NCBI RefSeq assembly: GCF_963921235.1
Contig: NC_086097.1
Location: forward strand, 205,718,001 to 205,782,000
Reading direction: 5' to 3'
DNA from: Mobula hypostoma
Taxonomy: Eukaryota
DNA length: 64,000 bases
Shown here: positions 39,316-53,734 of the stretch, piece by piece
Layout of the letters: each line of letters starts with the position of its first letter
Numbering within the stretch: position 1 is the first letter of the stretch
Program-made: the position numbers and the translations under genes
The notes under the pieces: generated by a model
The model's database searches: none
Seen by the model: the letters and a program-made list of their open reading frames with translations, nothing else
What the model was told of the DNA's origin: nothing

Positions 39316-40830
39316 GAACAATCTGTTTATTTCCCAGACTTGCTTTTTTGGGTACTTTCATATATGTGAACATTGTTTCCTGTTATGCTAATAGAACGGT
39401 CTTTGAAAATATTATTACACTTTTCCAACAATGCACTAAGATATGATTTATGGGACACAAGGCTGAAATCATATTTTCAGTTTAGTTTGATTTGCTCAGC
39501 AAGTCTTTCCCCACAAACACTGATTTGTTTTCATGATATGATATAACAGTAGTTGCTATATTCATCTTCACTTTGTCTCAATATACACTCCATTTACCCA
39601 AGTATACTGTACATAAAGTCACACTAGAGTAGGTTTTCAGTGTGAAAGTGTGATCTCTGGTTGAACTAACTATAGTAATTGTTTAGCTCATTATCATAGG
39701 GGGATAAAGATATTCTTTCAAATGCTAGGTGTGGGAGATACCAGATACGATGAAAGGGGACCTTGTCTGAGGAAGATTTGAAGCTAGGCAGTGATTTAAG
39801 GAATAGGATGCACCACTGTAACGGGCTCATTCTGCTCTGCAAGGTTCTGCCATTCTTCTTCTTGAATGAGGATGATAAGGGAATGCTCTTCCCACTCATG
39901 ATATTCATAGAATTGAATCATATAATCCCACTAAGGAAGTGCATTGTCTGACATTTAATTTCAAAACTCTAATCAGTAGATCAACATAGCAACATCATAA
40001 ACATGGAAAGCTGTGGTGCCAGTTGAATCAGATAATCATATTGGCCTTTTCTGCAGGAAGTTTGCCTGATCTTCTGTTACAGTGTTAGGGATTATCAATG
40101 CAAATGCCAGAGAATCAGTACATTTGGTTATGTCACAGAAAAGAAAGAAAAGATTTGTTAGGCTATACACCTATTCAACTCAGCAACAAAGCCTTCATGC
40201 TGACCAATGATGCTTTCCTGTGCTAGGCAGATTTGCCTGCATCTGGCCTATTTCTATCTAAGAAGCTGTCCAAATGTCTTTTAAGTGTTATAATTAAACC
40301 CACCACTACAATTTACTCATTCTAAATACCAGCCATCTTCTGTATGAAAAATATGCCTTTATAGTCCTTTTAAGTCTTTCCTCTCTAATCTTAAATCTTT
40401 ATTTTTATTTCTAGCTGTCCTACTCTGGGAAAGAAGGACCACATTATCATGATGTTATAAACCTCTATAAGCTCACTCCACAGCCTTCTTCACCCTGGGG
40501 AAAACAGCCCCACCTTTTCCAGTCTCTTCTCTTATCTTGAACCCTCCAGTCCTGGTAACATTCTCTTTCAGCCATCTTGTTTATCATATTTGCAAAACAA
40601 TGTTTTAAATTTCATATTCTGTAATCACATTTTTCATTGTCATAGTATCATAACACACAGTCAGTACTAAACATCATGCACACATTTGCACTTATCCTAC
40701 AATAATCCCAATTTATTTCCCCACATTCCTGTGAATTGCCCTCATTTACAGTGGCCATTTAATCTATCAACCTCCATATCTCTGAGATGGGTCATTTACA
40801 GTGGCCGCTTAACGTATCAAACTGCATGTA

Positions 40831-42440
40831 CAGTGGAATGCAAAAATTAGGGCACCCCGGTCAAAATTTCTGTTACTGTGAATAGTTAAGTGAGTAGAAG
40901 ATGAACTGATCTCCAAAAGTCATAAAGTTAAAGATGAAACATTCTTTTCAACATTTTAAGCAAGATTAGTGTATTATTTTTGTATCGTACAATTTTAGAG
41001 TGAAAAAAAGGAAAGGAGCACCATGCAAAGCTTTGGGTACCCCAAGAGATTTGAACTCTCAGATAACTTTTACCAAGGTCTCAGACCTTAAATAACTTGT
41101 TAGGGTTACGGCTTGTTCATAGTCATCGTTAGGAAAGGCCAGGTGATGCAAATTTCAAAGATTTATAAATACCCTGACTCTTCAAAACCTTGTCACAACA
41201 ATCAGCAGCCATGGGCTCCTCTAAGTAGCTGCCTAGCACTCTGAAAATTAAAATAAATGATGTCCACAAAGCAGGAGAAGGCTATAAGCGTTTTCAGGTA
41301 GCCGTTTCCTAGGATCGTAATGTAATTAAGAAATGGCAGTTAACAGGAACGGTGGAGGTCAAGTTGAGGTCTGGAAGATCAAGAAAACTTTCCGAGAGAA
41401 CTGCTCGTAGCATTGCTAGAAAGGCAAATCAAAACCCTGTTTGACTGCAAAAGACCTTCAGGAAGATTTAGCAGACTCTGGAGTGGTGGTGCACTGTTCT
41501 ACTGTACAGCGACACCTGCACAAATATGACCTTCATGGAAGAATCATCAGAAGAAAACATTTCCTGCGTCCTCACCACAAAATTCAGCGTCAGGAGTTTG
41601 CAAAGGAACATCTAAACAAGCCTGATGCATTTTGGAAACAAGTCCTGTGGACTGATTAAGTTAAAATAGAACTTTTTAGCCGCAATGAGCAAAGGGATGT
41701 TTGGAGAAAAAAGGGTGCAGAATTTCATGAAAACAACGCCTCTCCAACTGTTAAGCATGGGGGTTGATCAATCATGCTTTGGGCTTCTGTTGCAGCCAGT
41801 GGCACGGGGAACATTTCACTGGTAGAGGGAAGAATGGATTCAACTAAATGCCAGCAAATTCTGGAAGTAAACATTACACCGTCTGTAAAAAGGCTTAAGA
41901 TGAAAAGAGGATAGCTTCTACAACAGGATAATGATCCTAAACACACCTCAAAATCCACAATGGACTACCCCAAGAGGCGCAAGCTGAGGGTTTTGCCATG
42001 GCCCTCACAGTCCCCTGACCTAAACATCATCGAAAATCTGTGGATAGACCTCAAAAGAGCAGTGCGTACAAGATGGCCCAAGAATCTCACAGAACCAGAA
42101 GCCTTTTGCAAGGAAGAATGGGTGAAAATCCCCCAAACAAGAATTGAAAGACTCTTAGCTGGCTACAGAAAGCGTTTACAAGCTGTGATACTTGCCAAAG
42201 GGGGTATTACTAAGTACCGACCACGCAGGGTGCCCAAACTTCTGCTTCAGGCCCTTTTCCTTTTTTGTTATTTTGAAACTGTAAAAGATGGAAATAAAAA
42301 AGTAATCTTGCTTAAAATATTAAAGAATTGTGTCATCTTTAACTTTATGCCTTTTAGAAATCAGGTCATCTTTTACTCATTTAGCTATTCACAGTAACAG
42401 AAATTTTGACCAGGGCTGCCCAAACTTTTGCTTGCCACTG
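40831..42440 (+). mobile_element. Full-length Tc1/mariner transposon with inactivated transposase
   Basis: 1610 bp, TA|CAGTGG...CCACTG|TA, with long TIRs and internal repeats of the terminal motif (~41022, ~42228). Transposase from ATG 41211 to about 42220 with FWKQVLWTD, QQDNDPKH and WPSQSPDLNIIENLW; several premature stops. Confidence 0.95.
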
Positions 42441-44259
42441 TATCTGAGATTTGAGTGGATAAACGTTACGCTCTATAAAACTTTGATTAACCCAAATTTG
42501 CAGAAACATGTTCTATTTTGATCACCACACTATAGGAAGCATGTGGACACTATTGAGAAGATGTAGAAGAGGTTTACTAGGATTGAAGTGTATTAGGTAC
42601 GAGAAAAGGATGGATAATCCTGGGTTGTTTTCTCTGGAGTATCAGACCATCAGGTTTAGTTTCCAAAACTAGACATTTAAATAGACTAAATATTTTTTTT
42701 CTGTGGGATATGAGTTGTTTATCAGAATAGATGATGCAAAGAGCTAACCAGAGAAATTTGATTCTGTAAATTGTATGCATATGCTGCGGCTATGAAAAAA
42801 ATCTATGAGGTAAAATAAAAGCAGCATGTCAAATGGAGACACCCCACCTGGCCATTTCATAATCAAATAATAATGCTATCTGCACAGAAGGAAAATTAAT
42901 CCTCTTAGGTGGCTCTGCTCCCTACAGTTTTATATATGGATTGTCTTCTGAAGTTTCTACAGGAAACAATTCTGTTGCATATATTTTAATGCACAGAACA
43001 TTTATATGTCAGTCCATTCTTGAATTGATTTGAACTAATTTTGATTATGAAAAACTGATGGCCTTTACTTCACAATCCATACATAAAACCAGAAACTGTA
43101 GTTTAAATGCATCGGTTCAGAGGACATGGTCACAATCTTGAGAGATCGTGCAGCAAATAAATATAATTCTGCACATAACAATATACAGTATACTTTAAGT
43201 GAAAATGGAAATCGAAAAGATTGTGTGGGTGCAGCAAGACTGACTTGTTATTCGGTATTTCACAGGAATTAGAATTTTCAATCATTGAATGTCACTGCAA
43301 GTATTTTCTGGCACCTTGGTATATTTGTTGTGATGAAAATGTTCCACGTGGAAAAATGAGCCCCATCAAGGCAGTCCGAAAATCTGAACAATGATAAGAA
43401 GCATTCTAGAAGTCTAATTTTGAACAAACTCATATACTTGCCTCATGCAGTGTACCAAAAGCACAGATCTTCTGCTTAAAAGATGGCAGATCCTTTCAGA
43501 ACCATTGACTTCTATCTATATAAACGTGTGGAAATTTGGCATTACAAGCCAACGTAGAATTACCAAACTTCTTCTCGACTGAATGCTGTACTTTAGACAC
43601 TGCACTCCACTATTAGATTCCCCACAAAAACCATGAAAGAATGCAAGCATCTACTGACTTCCCAGACAGGAAAATATGCCTGCAGGTTGTGCCAGATTAG
43701 ATGTGGTGGAAGTACAGTGGCCTCATTCATCTTAATGGAGAAAAAACAATAACAGGGAAGAAGGTAATTTTCTCAGAATTGTTTTAATTAAGTTAATTTA
43801 AATACATCCAAAAGCTTTTCATTGTTTTCCAGTGATTTTAATTTCAATTTTAATTTTCAAAAAATCTGAAATTTTAGAATTGTAATTTATGGATTGTCAG
43901 AGATACTCTCAAAGATTTATGCTCTTCTACAGCTGGTAACCCAGATGAGCGCAGTTAACATGCTCTCAAAATATTTCTGGGGACGGGCCCTCATATGTTT
44001 ACTGAGAGAGGTGTAGCACAACATATGGACTTGCTTGCCACCTGGGAATCGGCTTGAAGGCACAAGCATAAAGGGAGGGTGACTAGGAGCTTCAGTGAAA
44101 CACCAGTCAATAAGAGATAATAGCCACTGTATCATCATTTCTGTTGTAGGTAGTTGTTTGTCTACTGTTCTAAACTAGCAAAGTTTATGAGAAGTCATTC
44201 TCTGTACAAATATAAATCATTTCAAGGCTTTGCCATCAAAATCATTCAGTGTTTTATAA

Positions 44260-45430
44260 CAGCGGTCCGCAATGCATGTGCTACCGGGCCACGAGGAAAT
44301 GATATGATTTGGCGATATGAGTCAGCTGCACCTTTCCTCATTCCCTGTCACGCCCACTGTTGAACTTTAACGCACGCGAGGTCATCAGTGACCCAAGACG
44401 CAAATGACCCAAAAAGTGCAAAGGAATGGGTCCGTGACCCATTTGTGAATGTCCCCGGTGAATCTTCCATGTCAGCGCAGAAAAAAGATCAACACCTCGA
44501 GCTTGCAAATGACGGTGGGCTGAAAAGTATGTTTGACATAACATCTCTGCTGGCATTCTGGATCAAAGTCAAGGCTGAATATAATGAGATAGCCACAAAA
44601 GCACTGAAAATTTTGCTTCCATTTCCAACATCGTATCGCTGCGAAGCGAAGTTTTCTGCAATGAATGCAACAAAAACTAAATTGCGGAATACACTGGACA
44701 CAAGGAACCCCCTTCGAGTATCGCTGTCTCCCATCACCCCTTGATGGGACCGTCTTGTTGCAGGAAAGCAAGCCCAGGGCTCCCACTGATTCAGCGATAT
44801 TGGTGTGTTGCAATGATTTTATACGTTCATATGGGGAAAATATGCGCTGTGTGTTTAATATCCAAGCATTTCTTAAAATGTTATGATGCTCTTGACTTAT
44901 AAGTGACTTATAATTCAGTGGTCCCCAACCTTTGGGGTGCAAAGAATACAACGGTACAACGGTGGCCGGAATATTAAATACATAGCGCATATTTAATTAG
45001 ATTGCCGATTGCGTCGCCTCTGATCTGGGCCGACATTTACGTGCCGGGCAGCACCTAATCAATTAGCTTGTTTATTTCAGCTTTTTTCTTAAAGATGTGC
45101 TGTGTGCGTTCCGGCTATCGCTGTACCGTTGCATTCTTCGTGGCAATGTATCGGTCCACAGCCCGGAGGTTTGGGACCACTGTTATAATTGACTTATCAC
45201 TATATTCATGCAAGGAAAATATGCACTGTGTATTTAATATTAAATTTATTAGATGAACCCCTTTAGAAACTAAATTGAGTGTATTAGCCACTTATAAGGT
45301 CTTATAGTTGACTTATCACCTATATTGTGGTCGTGATTAACCCCTCACCCCCCATTCCCGGTCAGCCGGTCCGCAAGTATATTGTCAATATTAAACCAGT
45401 CCGCGGTGCAAAAAAGGTTGGGGACCCCTG
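44260..45430 (+). mobile_element. Non-autonomous hAT/Charlie element retaining the C-terminal dimerisation domain
   Basis: CAGCGGTCC...GGACCCCTG ends; 8-bp TSD TTTTATAA (44252-44259, 45431-45438); frame FWIKVKAEYNEIATKALKILLPFPTSYRCEAKFSAMNATKTKLRN. Confidence 0.88.
44916..45182. mobile_element. hAT MITE nested in the Charlie element
   Basis: TIRs CAGTGGTCCCCAACCT / AGGTTTGGGACCACTG; 8-bp TSD TTATAATT (44908-44915, 45183-45190). Confidence 0.88.
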
Positions 45431-46756
45431 TTTTATAATATATGGAACGAGTTATAGCTCAAAACAAAAGATTAGATAACCCAACTCATCAACATTTATT
45501 TTTAGAGATACCTTGTGTGATTTTCTATTTTGTGTCATTGAAAGCAAGATCTGAACTTTAAAACATACTAATAAATTTTTGCCAAATTATTTGATATTCC
45601 CTCAGGTGCTATATCAGTGGTTACAACAGGTGGGTAAGGCCTTAAGAAAAGCACTCTGAATTTTGTGTTTCATAACCTGTAATAAATACTATAATAAGCA
45701 TTATCAATAATGCATTTGTATCTAATATATGCAGTTTTAAATACACCACAATAGAAATCCATACCATTAAAATGATCCTGTAAAAGTCATCAGTATTGGA
45801 GCAGGCATGATGAAAGGCTTACTTGCTCAGGAAAAGAGATACCAATACGATTGCTTACTAAAAGTATGCTTATCAAATCTCCTGAAATCCTAAGATTAAA
45901 GAAAGGATTTCCAAAACAGTGTCATTAAGAAGAAATGATTGGATTCTGGAGGAATCTAGTAAGTTGGAAAGGAAATATTTAACTTTTCTTAAAGTATTTG
46001 TAGAAAAGTAGATCAAGTTGCCTCAGTTCAACTCTTTGTAAAGGAATTAAAAAAAACAGAAGATGCTCTGTATAAGAACCTTACTAAAAGGCAATGACAT
46101 GGTGTTGAAAAATGAAGAAAACACCAGATCAACCATTTCAAAACTTAAGGAAGTGAAAACCCAAGAAGACTGTGGAAAGTTCATACATGTTGCCTTAGAC
46201 TTTCAATAAATATTTACCTAGACTTGGCACACAATACATTCACTTTGAATGATTCCAAATTTCCTCTGATTAGTACAATATTTAAAAGCAGTTCAAAATT
46301 ATATGAATAATTAAAGTAAACTTAAATCATTTAAGACATTATGGAAGCAAGAAGTGCCAAAATAGTTTTAGCATGTCAGAAATGAACTAGAAACATTAAG
46401 ATTAACATAAAAATACAAAACTGCTGTAAACTTCTCATCCAATATCACTAACCCATTCACTTGAGTGGGATCAAGCAACATTTGGCATCCATCCATGACA
46501 TATGTAGAATCAAAGGTGCTGGATATTCTGTACATCTGATCCCTAACTTAAGGACTTTTGCAGTCCAGCCCTGGATACACAGAATCATTGAAACATAGAA
46601 GCACACAGCACAGAAACAAGCTCTTTGGCCTACTTCATCCATGCCAACATTGATGCCTTTTCTACACTAATCTCATTTGTCCCCATTGGGTCTCCATGTA
46701 TGGTTTTATACCTTTCCTATCTAGGTACCTGCTCATATGCTGTAATTGTATCTCAG

Positions 46757-47025
46757 GAGCGCCATGGCAGCATAGCTGTTAGTGTGATACTATTACAGCT
46801 TGGGGGCCTTGGAGTTTGGAGATCAACCCCAGCATCCTCTGTAAGGAGTTTGTATGTCCTTCCCGTGGAATGCTTGGGCTTACTCTGGATTCCTCTCACA
46901 ATCCAAACACGTACAGGTCAGTAGGTTAATTGGTCATTGTAAATTATCCTGTGATTAGGCTAGGGTTAATATCAGGGGTTGCTGGGCAGTAGGCTCTAAA
47001 GGGCTGTAAGGGCTGTATCTCTAAA
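46757..47025 (+). mobile_element. V-SINE (HE1-like)
   Basis: Degenerate tRNA-like head, ctctgtaaggagtttgtatgtccttcccgtg core and gtaggttaattggtcattgtaaatt segment. Confidence 0.65.
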
Positions 47026-47029
47026 ATAT

Positions 47030-47490
47030 AAGAGAAGGGTAAAAGGGATAATCCTGTGAATTATAGACCAGTGATTGTTACATCAGTGGTGAGCAAAGTT
47101 AGGGAGAGGGTTCTTAGAGAAATGACATACAACCATTTGGAGAAGCATAATCTGATTAGGGATAGTCAGCATGGCTTTGTTAGGGGCAGGACATGCCTCA
47201 TGAACCTGAATGACTTTCTCAGGGAAGTGACAAAATAAATTGATGTTGGTAGACTGGTGGATGTGCAGTATATGGATCTTTAGTAAGGTGTTCAAAAAGT
47301 TCCCCATGGTAAGCCCTTTCAGAAAGTAAGGAGGCATGGGATCCAGGGAAACATGGCTGCGTCAATTCAGATTTGTCTTGCCCTCAGAAAACAGATGGTA
47401 GCAGTAGATAAAGTGTCATACAGGGATTTGTTCTGAAACGCCAGCTCTTTGTGATTTTTATGAATCACTTGGATGAGAAAGTGGTAGGAG
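47030..47490 (+). mobile_element. CR1 RT fragment
   Basis: NYRPVIVTSVVSK...QHGFVRGRTCLMNL. Confidence 0.8.
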
Positions 47491-47649
47491 TCAAAAGTTG
47501 CAATAGTTAATTTTGTTATATGGCTAACGATTTGATAGAATAGGGGAGTATGAAATATATCTGGTTAACTGCTAACATATAATTGTACTATGTCACCAAC
47601 AGCTCATCAGCAAGCTGGAACCAGCACATAGAAGATGAAAGAGAAAGAT

Positions 47650-48350
47650 TAGATTTATTTGTAGCATGCACCTTGAAACATAGTGAAATGCGTCATTTGT
47701 GTCAAAACAAATTAACAAGGATTGTGCTGGTCTGCCCACAAGTTTTCCCACTCTTCTGGCACCAACATAGATGTCAAGAACTTGCTAACCCTAATTGTAC
47801 ACCTTTGGAATGTGAAAAGAAGCTGGAGGACCCAGAGGAAACCCATACGGTAATGTGGAGAATGTACAGAATCTTTATAGACAGCAGTGAGAATCGAACC
47901 CCAATCTGACTGCAAGCTGCTACAAAGCGTTGCTCTGACAGCTACCTTAACGTGTTGCCCTCTTTGTCAGGGGACAGCAGCCAGCGTGATAGGGCTAAGA
48001 ATGGGGCAGTTAGTATAAAAGTTGATGAAGTGTGCAGTGAGACTGTGAGGAAGGACAGACAGATGATGGGGCAAAATTGTAGTCAGTGGGATGAGTTAAA
48101 ATCTAAAAGGGTGATGAATACAGGACTGTAGGTATACGGAATAAGGTAAATGATCTTGTAGTGCAGTCAGAGATTGGCTGGCATGACGTTGTGGGCATTA
48201 CTGAGTTGTGGATGAAAGAAGATCATAGTTAACATCCAAGGATACATCGACTATAATCTTTTCCATATATGCTGCCTGGCCTGCTGAGTTCCTCCACCAT
48301 TTTGTGTGTGTTGCTTGGATTTCTAGCATCTGCAGATTTTCTCTTGTTTC
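47650..48350. mobile_element. Cluster: SINE-like fragment (minus), CR1 endonuclease-start fragment (plus), Penelope terminal fragment (plus)
   Basis: gaggaaacccatacgg SINE core to about 47960; DVVGITELWMKE at about 48185; gctgcctggcctgctgagttcctcc at about 48270. Confidence 0.55.
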
Positions 48351-48659
48351 TGATACACTTTGCCTTTCTATCATTGTCCTGATTACCTACAGTCTTTCTG
48401 TGCAATGTCAGTGTAAATCCTGGGCACTAGTTTCTCCTCTACTAAAGCTGAAATTTATTAAGTGCATGCCACTAAATAATGGGTTGAGCTGACTAATGGA
48501 TTCCAGTATTGTTCACGCAGCTCTGCACGTCAGCTGACAATTACTTATTTAGGCTGGAATTGGTTAGCATTAACATCCCCTTGCTGATGTTGTTGAGATG
48601 CATGAGTTTCAGCAGTACTGCAAACTTCAGCAAGAGAGTGTGTGGTTAGTTTGTAGGGC

Positions 48660-49610
48660 ATAGGAGGTAAAGGCAGTGATTAATGTCTGTATATTTAAGG
48701 CACAGGTTGATAGATTCTTGATTGGTCAGGGCATGATGAAATGACAAAGCAGACTCGATGGGCCTAATGGCCTAATTCTGCTCCTATATTTTATGGTCTT
48801 ATGGTCTCAACGTTTTACGGGGGCCCTCAAAACACAATCCAACCAAATTCATCCAGCAGCTAAACACAGGTCCCTATTTTTCAATCAATCAGTAACCATC
48901 AGTGAGTAATCCACAGATATTACTTCCCCCTCACTCACCAGCATAAGACCAGATGCAGTTTACTGAGTGAGTTTGAGTTGTCCTTGGTGAAATATGAAAG
49001 ATAAATAGAACATAGAAAATATAGAACAGTACAGCACATTACAGGCCCTTCTGCCCACAATGTTGTGCTGACCTTCAAACCCTGCCTCCCATATAACCCC
49101 CCCACCTTAAATTCCTCCATATACCTGTCTCCATATACTAAATAGATTGAGTTATTGCCAGGATGTTGTCTGGATTAGAGGGTATGTGCTATAACAAAAG
49201 GTTGGACAAACTTGGCTTGTTTTCCATGGAGCAGAGGCTGAGGGGCAATCTGGCAGAGGTTTATATGATTATAAGAGGCATAGGTAGAGCCTCTTATCTT
49301 TTCTCCAGGATTGAAAAAATATAAAACCAAAAGGCATGCATTTAAGGTGAGGGGGGTAAATTTCAAAGGAGATGTAAGAAGCAAGCTTATTACACAGAAA
49401 GAGGTGGGTGTATGGTATGCATTGCCTGGGGTGGTGGTGGCAGCAGCAGCAAACATGTTAGTGATATTTAGATAGGCATATGAATGTGAAGGAAATGGAA
49501 GGATATGGACTTTGTGCAGGCAGAAGAGATTAGTTTAGTTATCCATTTAATTAGTTTGCCTCAACTATGGGCTAAATGGCTGTTCCTGTGCTGTACTGTT
49601 CTATGCTTTA
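48660..49610. mobile_element. Three short CR1 3'-end fragments (48660-48805 plus, 49005-49135 minus, 49150-49610 plus)
   Basis: CR1-type tails; 49005-49135 is the reverse complement of the 12650-12755 tail. Confidence 0.75.
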
Positions 49611-52600
49611 TCTTCTTATTGAATTATTTTGCCGACAATTTAGGCATCTCATTCGGTTGCTCAAGAGCCTCTGGCGTGGTTAAGATGGAACCTTGAGCTG
49701 AAATACAGATGCAGATGCAGATGCATTGCTGAAAAGATATCAGTTTGGTAATTGGGTTTCCACCAGTTCCAGGAATATTTACACAGATTAATATTGAGCA
49801 GCTGAGTACCACTTGGACTTTGTTTTCAGTTGGAAATTATTTTGGTCCCCCGTGACTGATATAATATTATAGTCCGAAGCCGATTGATGGTCCTCCGAAG
49901 ATTATTTCAAGGTGTATTGTTTTCTCTCATTCTCTGGCAATCAAAAATTTTAGAAAGAACTGTTGAGACAACTGGGTAGGTTTTTTTTGGGATATCTTTC
50001 AAATTCTGCACACTCAAACAACAATTAATTATGATCTCATTATAATTATGTACTTTATCATTTACCTGCATTGCATTTCTTTTGGTAGCCTTTACACTTT
50101 ATTCTGCATTGTTTTTGTCTTGGCTTTATTCTAGCTCAAAGCACTGTGCAAAGAATTGATTTGTACGAACAATATGCAAGACAAGCTTTTCCGCTGTATC
50201 TCAGTACATGGGACAATGGTTTCTGTGCATTTTCCCTAAATATAATGGGTGGCGGATTATCCCACTTCAAAATCACTAGATGAAAGGGAGTAGAGATGGG
50301 GAAGTGTCTTAGAAATTATCATCCTTACAGGTAGATAAGATTAACTTTACTTGTCATGTGTACATCAGAACATGGAAATACATAGTGAAATGCATCATTT
50401 GCCTCTAATTAAATCAGAAAACCACCTGCAAGTGTCGCCACACTTCTGGTGAAAATGTAGCATAGCAGGCCCATAACTCCTACCCCTAATTTGTACACGT
50501 TTGGAATGTGGGACAAAACCAGCGGAAACCCACGTAGATCCCTCTTGGTCTGAATTAAGACCAATCAGAGCAGCATCAGTGATTGTGGGAGAGGAGTGAA
50601 GAGAGTGTGGGACTACTTCCCATTACAAGTACAAGACATCCCTTAACTTCTCTTCACCTGGAAGTCTGTCTGGATTTGTGCAGTCCCTGACCCATTCTGA
50701 AGCCTGTTGTGCATCAGCAACACATCAATGGAATTGGGTATGAAGATTCACAAAGTATGCTCTTCAGAAACCTTGTCTCATAAATGCTTGAATGCTAAAC
50801 CGGTGTCTCCAGGCAAGTTCAAATTAAAGCTGTCTGCAATTTGAAACAAACTTGCAAGCTCAGAGGATCTCTTTTCACAGAACATCTATTTCATCTCTGT
50901 TTTCACCCTTTTATCAAAATAACACCATTTATTAGTACAGTACCACATATTAAAATCTATGAGAACTGGACTCTCAAGAGCCTTTTATTCTATTAACCTT
51001 GGGCAATAAGTGTCTATGTTGAGGACTAAGTTATTAAACAAACATATCATTTGCAAATGCCTTCATGCCTGCTTGGCATGTGTGCCTTAAGTATCGGTGA
51101 TGCACCTGAAATCCTGTACTAACTTGCCTTCATAGAACTCAGATAATGTTACCAAGAAAAAAGAAAATCAAATACTGAAACTTTAAGTCAAAAGTTTGGA
51201 TGAAGAGATGAGTTCTGACGAAATTTTAACATGTTAGAAGGGGAGTATTAAGACTTAATAAGACAATTCTGCGAAGTATCAACCAGGTGCTGATCTTTTC
51301 TCTCAATGATAAAATGAGAGGAAGATTCACTAAAGCCCAAAGCCCAGGCAAAAAATTCAATAGGAAGAGATATACATCCAAGTAAAGGAGACAGCAAAAA
51401 AAATACAGTAACTATGATGACAAGCATTTCAGATTTGTGATGTTAAAGGACTGGGAATCCATGAATACCAAGAATGTACTGCATAACAATATCGTATTTT
51501 ATTCATCATTGGGACATGTATTGACGTGAATTGTCCCAGCTTTGAAAGTTCACCGAAAGGCATACTGATTTGATATTTTATGCCTCTGGAAATAATGCCA
51601 TTATAGATTTCATTGAAGGAAATCCGTTATTTGTGTATCTGGATATGATTACGTGGATTATGGTTTGTCTTCGAAGCAGCTACCATTTGGTTCACTAAGC
51701 AGAATTAACAAATTAAGGGTACAATATTTTTGTATGAATGATCTTAATGTAGAAGTTAAAGCAGTATAGGATGTGTCTTTTACAATAAAAATCTATGTGT
51801 TATCAGTAATGTTTTTCTGAATATTTCAAGTCATTATGCTGTATACATTCTCCTGAAGATGTTTCCTTGAAGAATAACATAAATGGAGCAGAGTTCTGGA
51901 TCATGAACACTTTGGGGTAACAAGCACAGATGTCTTACTGATGAGGAGAAAGTAGCAGATCTTGTCTAGGCAAGTTGCTGATTTAGCATTGATTAGACAG
52001 AGGTACTGTATGCCTTCAATATGGTCTTCAACTGCAGGTGTTGAGTGTGAAACTGACACACAGCAACAGGTTACAGAATAGATCAAGAACTGGGAGGGAA
52101 GTTGCATAGACTGCAGGATGTGACAATGGAGGTTCTGGTACTTATAATTTTCAAAGTCCTCAACTCTTCCAATTGTCCAGTGTAAAGCCATACTTGGGCT
52201 ACATTCAAGTTTGGAAGTGCCAGGTAATATTTGTATCATGAAATGTTCAACTAATGATCACCTCGAAGGGAAAAAAATAAGTCTTCCTTCATTGATATTC
52301 AACGGCAAGTCCATTTCCACATCCCTTGTCATCAACATTTATCGGGTATCATTAATGGGCAATTCAGGAAATTTAACTTGACCAGTTTTCAATTCCATTG
52401 TTCTCACCAACTCAATTTCCTTCATTTTACGCAGTCTTGCAGGACTGAGAATGATCTGCTGACTCCTTGATGCTGTATGCTCTGAGATAACAAATGAGGC
52501 CAGTGAAAGAACTGTAAACTCTTGCATGGATGTTGCAGGAAATACCAGATGGGGCAGTTAGGTAGGTCTCATGTGGCTTCTACTGTCACTTTTCACAGGG

Positions 52601-53734
52601 TTTCTGTGTGTACCCTTATGCATAGTGTCAATACCAAACAAATGTTTCTTCACCACTTTGACCAGTCATGGGTCACTGAGTCCCAATACTCAGTAGCTTC
52701 TGAGTCTATAGGGTTTATGCAGCAGTGTAGTTGATACTTGCCATTTAGCAGGATAATTGCACACAGAGCTCAAAACTAGAGTAGGCAAGATCTTCTGCTT
52801 AATAGTCCATGCACCCAACACCAGATTTCTAGTTTCTATACTCCCAAAATATTGCAGTATCATTCTCCTTTATTTCAGTCCATACATCTTTTACTGCTAT
52901 ATCCTTCAGTTTACTGCCACTTTGCATTTGATAATCAAAAACGGCCAATAAATGGAATAGGAGTAGAAGTCATCCACTCTCGGTATATAAGATTTCTTTG
53001 GAAATCATCTGGGGACCAAAGCTGAATTCTGCTGTTGTCATTTCTGTCCAGGGATAAAACAATAATCTCTAATGGGGAATGATGAGGGGATAATATGGGA
53101 AGAGAAATTCTGTTAACAATGTTCAATCATTAAGATGTTTCTGCACCATTTTTTTCATTATTCTTCAATATTCTTCTATCTGATTTCAGGTAGAATTACG
53201 GGGGATAATTCTTCTGTCTACTAAGGTCCAAACATTTGCATCTGATCAACATTAAAAACCAAAATAACCATAAGAAATATCAATTGAAGGAGTTGCCCTA
53301 CTTTCCAGTTCAGTAAATATTACTCCAAGACAAATTTAAGACAAGGTACAGAAATTTCTCCTTCATCGCTCAAAACAAAGAAACAAATTGAAATGTTTAC
53401 ACTGAGCTAAATAATTTTCAAGAAATCGTCCAGCATACTCTTCAATGCCTGTTTACAAATACTAACCATCTATTCTAGATGTGCATTTCAGTGTCAAATG
53501 AAGATCTCTGCTGGCACAAACAGTCTTCCATTGGCAAAATGCTTCTAATTCCTCCCACATACTATGCATTATAACAAAATCTTATCCCATCATTATTTTA
53601 CGATATTAGATTCCCTCAAAGTTCTCCACAGCAGAAAATAAACAGAATTCTCACAAGCAAGTTTCAAGCCAGAATCAGCCTGCATCAACGGCAGAACCAT
53701 GATCTCTGAGGTAAAGGACATAACAAACTGGACT

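Noticed and set aside
44388..44744. Domesticated ZBED/SCAND3-like gene
   Set aside because: Short C-terminal fragment inside a TSD-flanked transposon; no catalytic domain or evident splice structure.
51900..52760. Very old LINE-like fragments on the minus strand
   Set aside because: Only faint motif resemblance (LINAKSATCLDKI); too degraded to name or bound.
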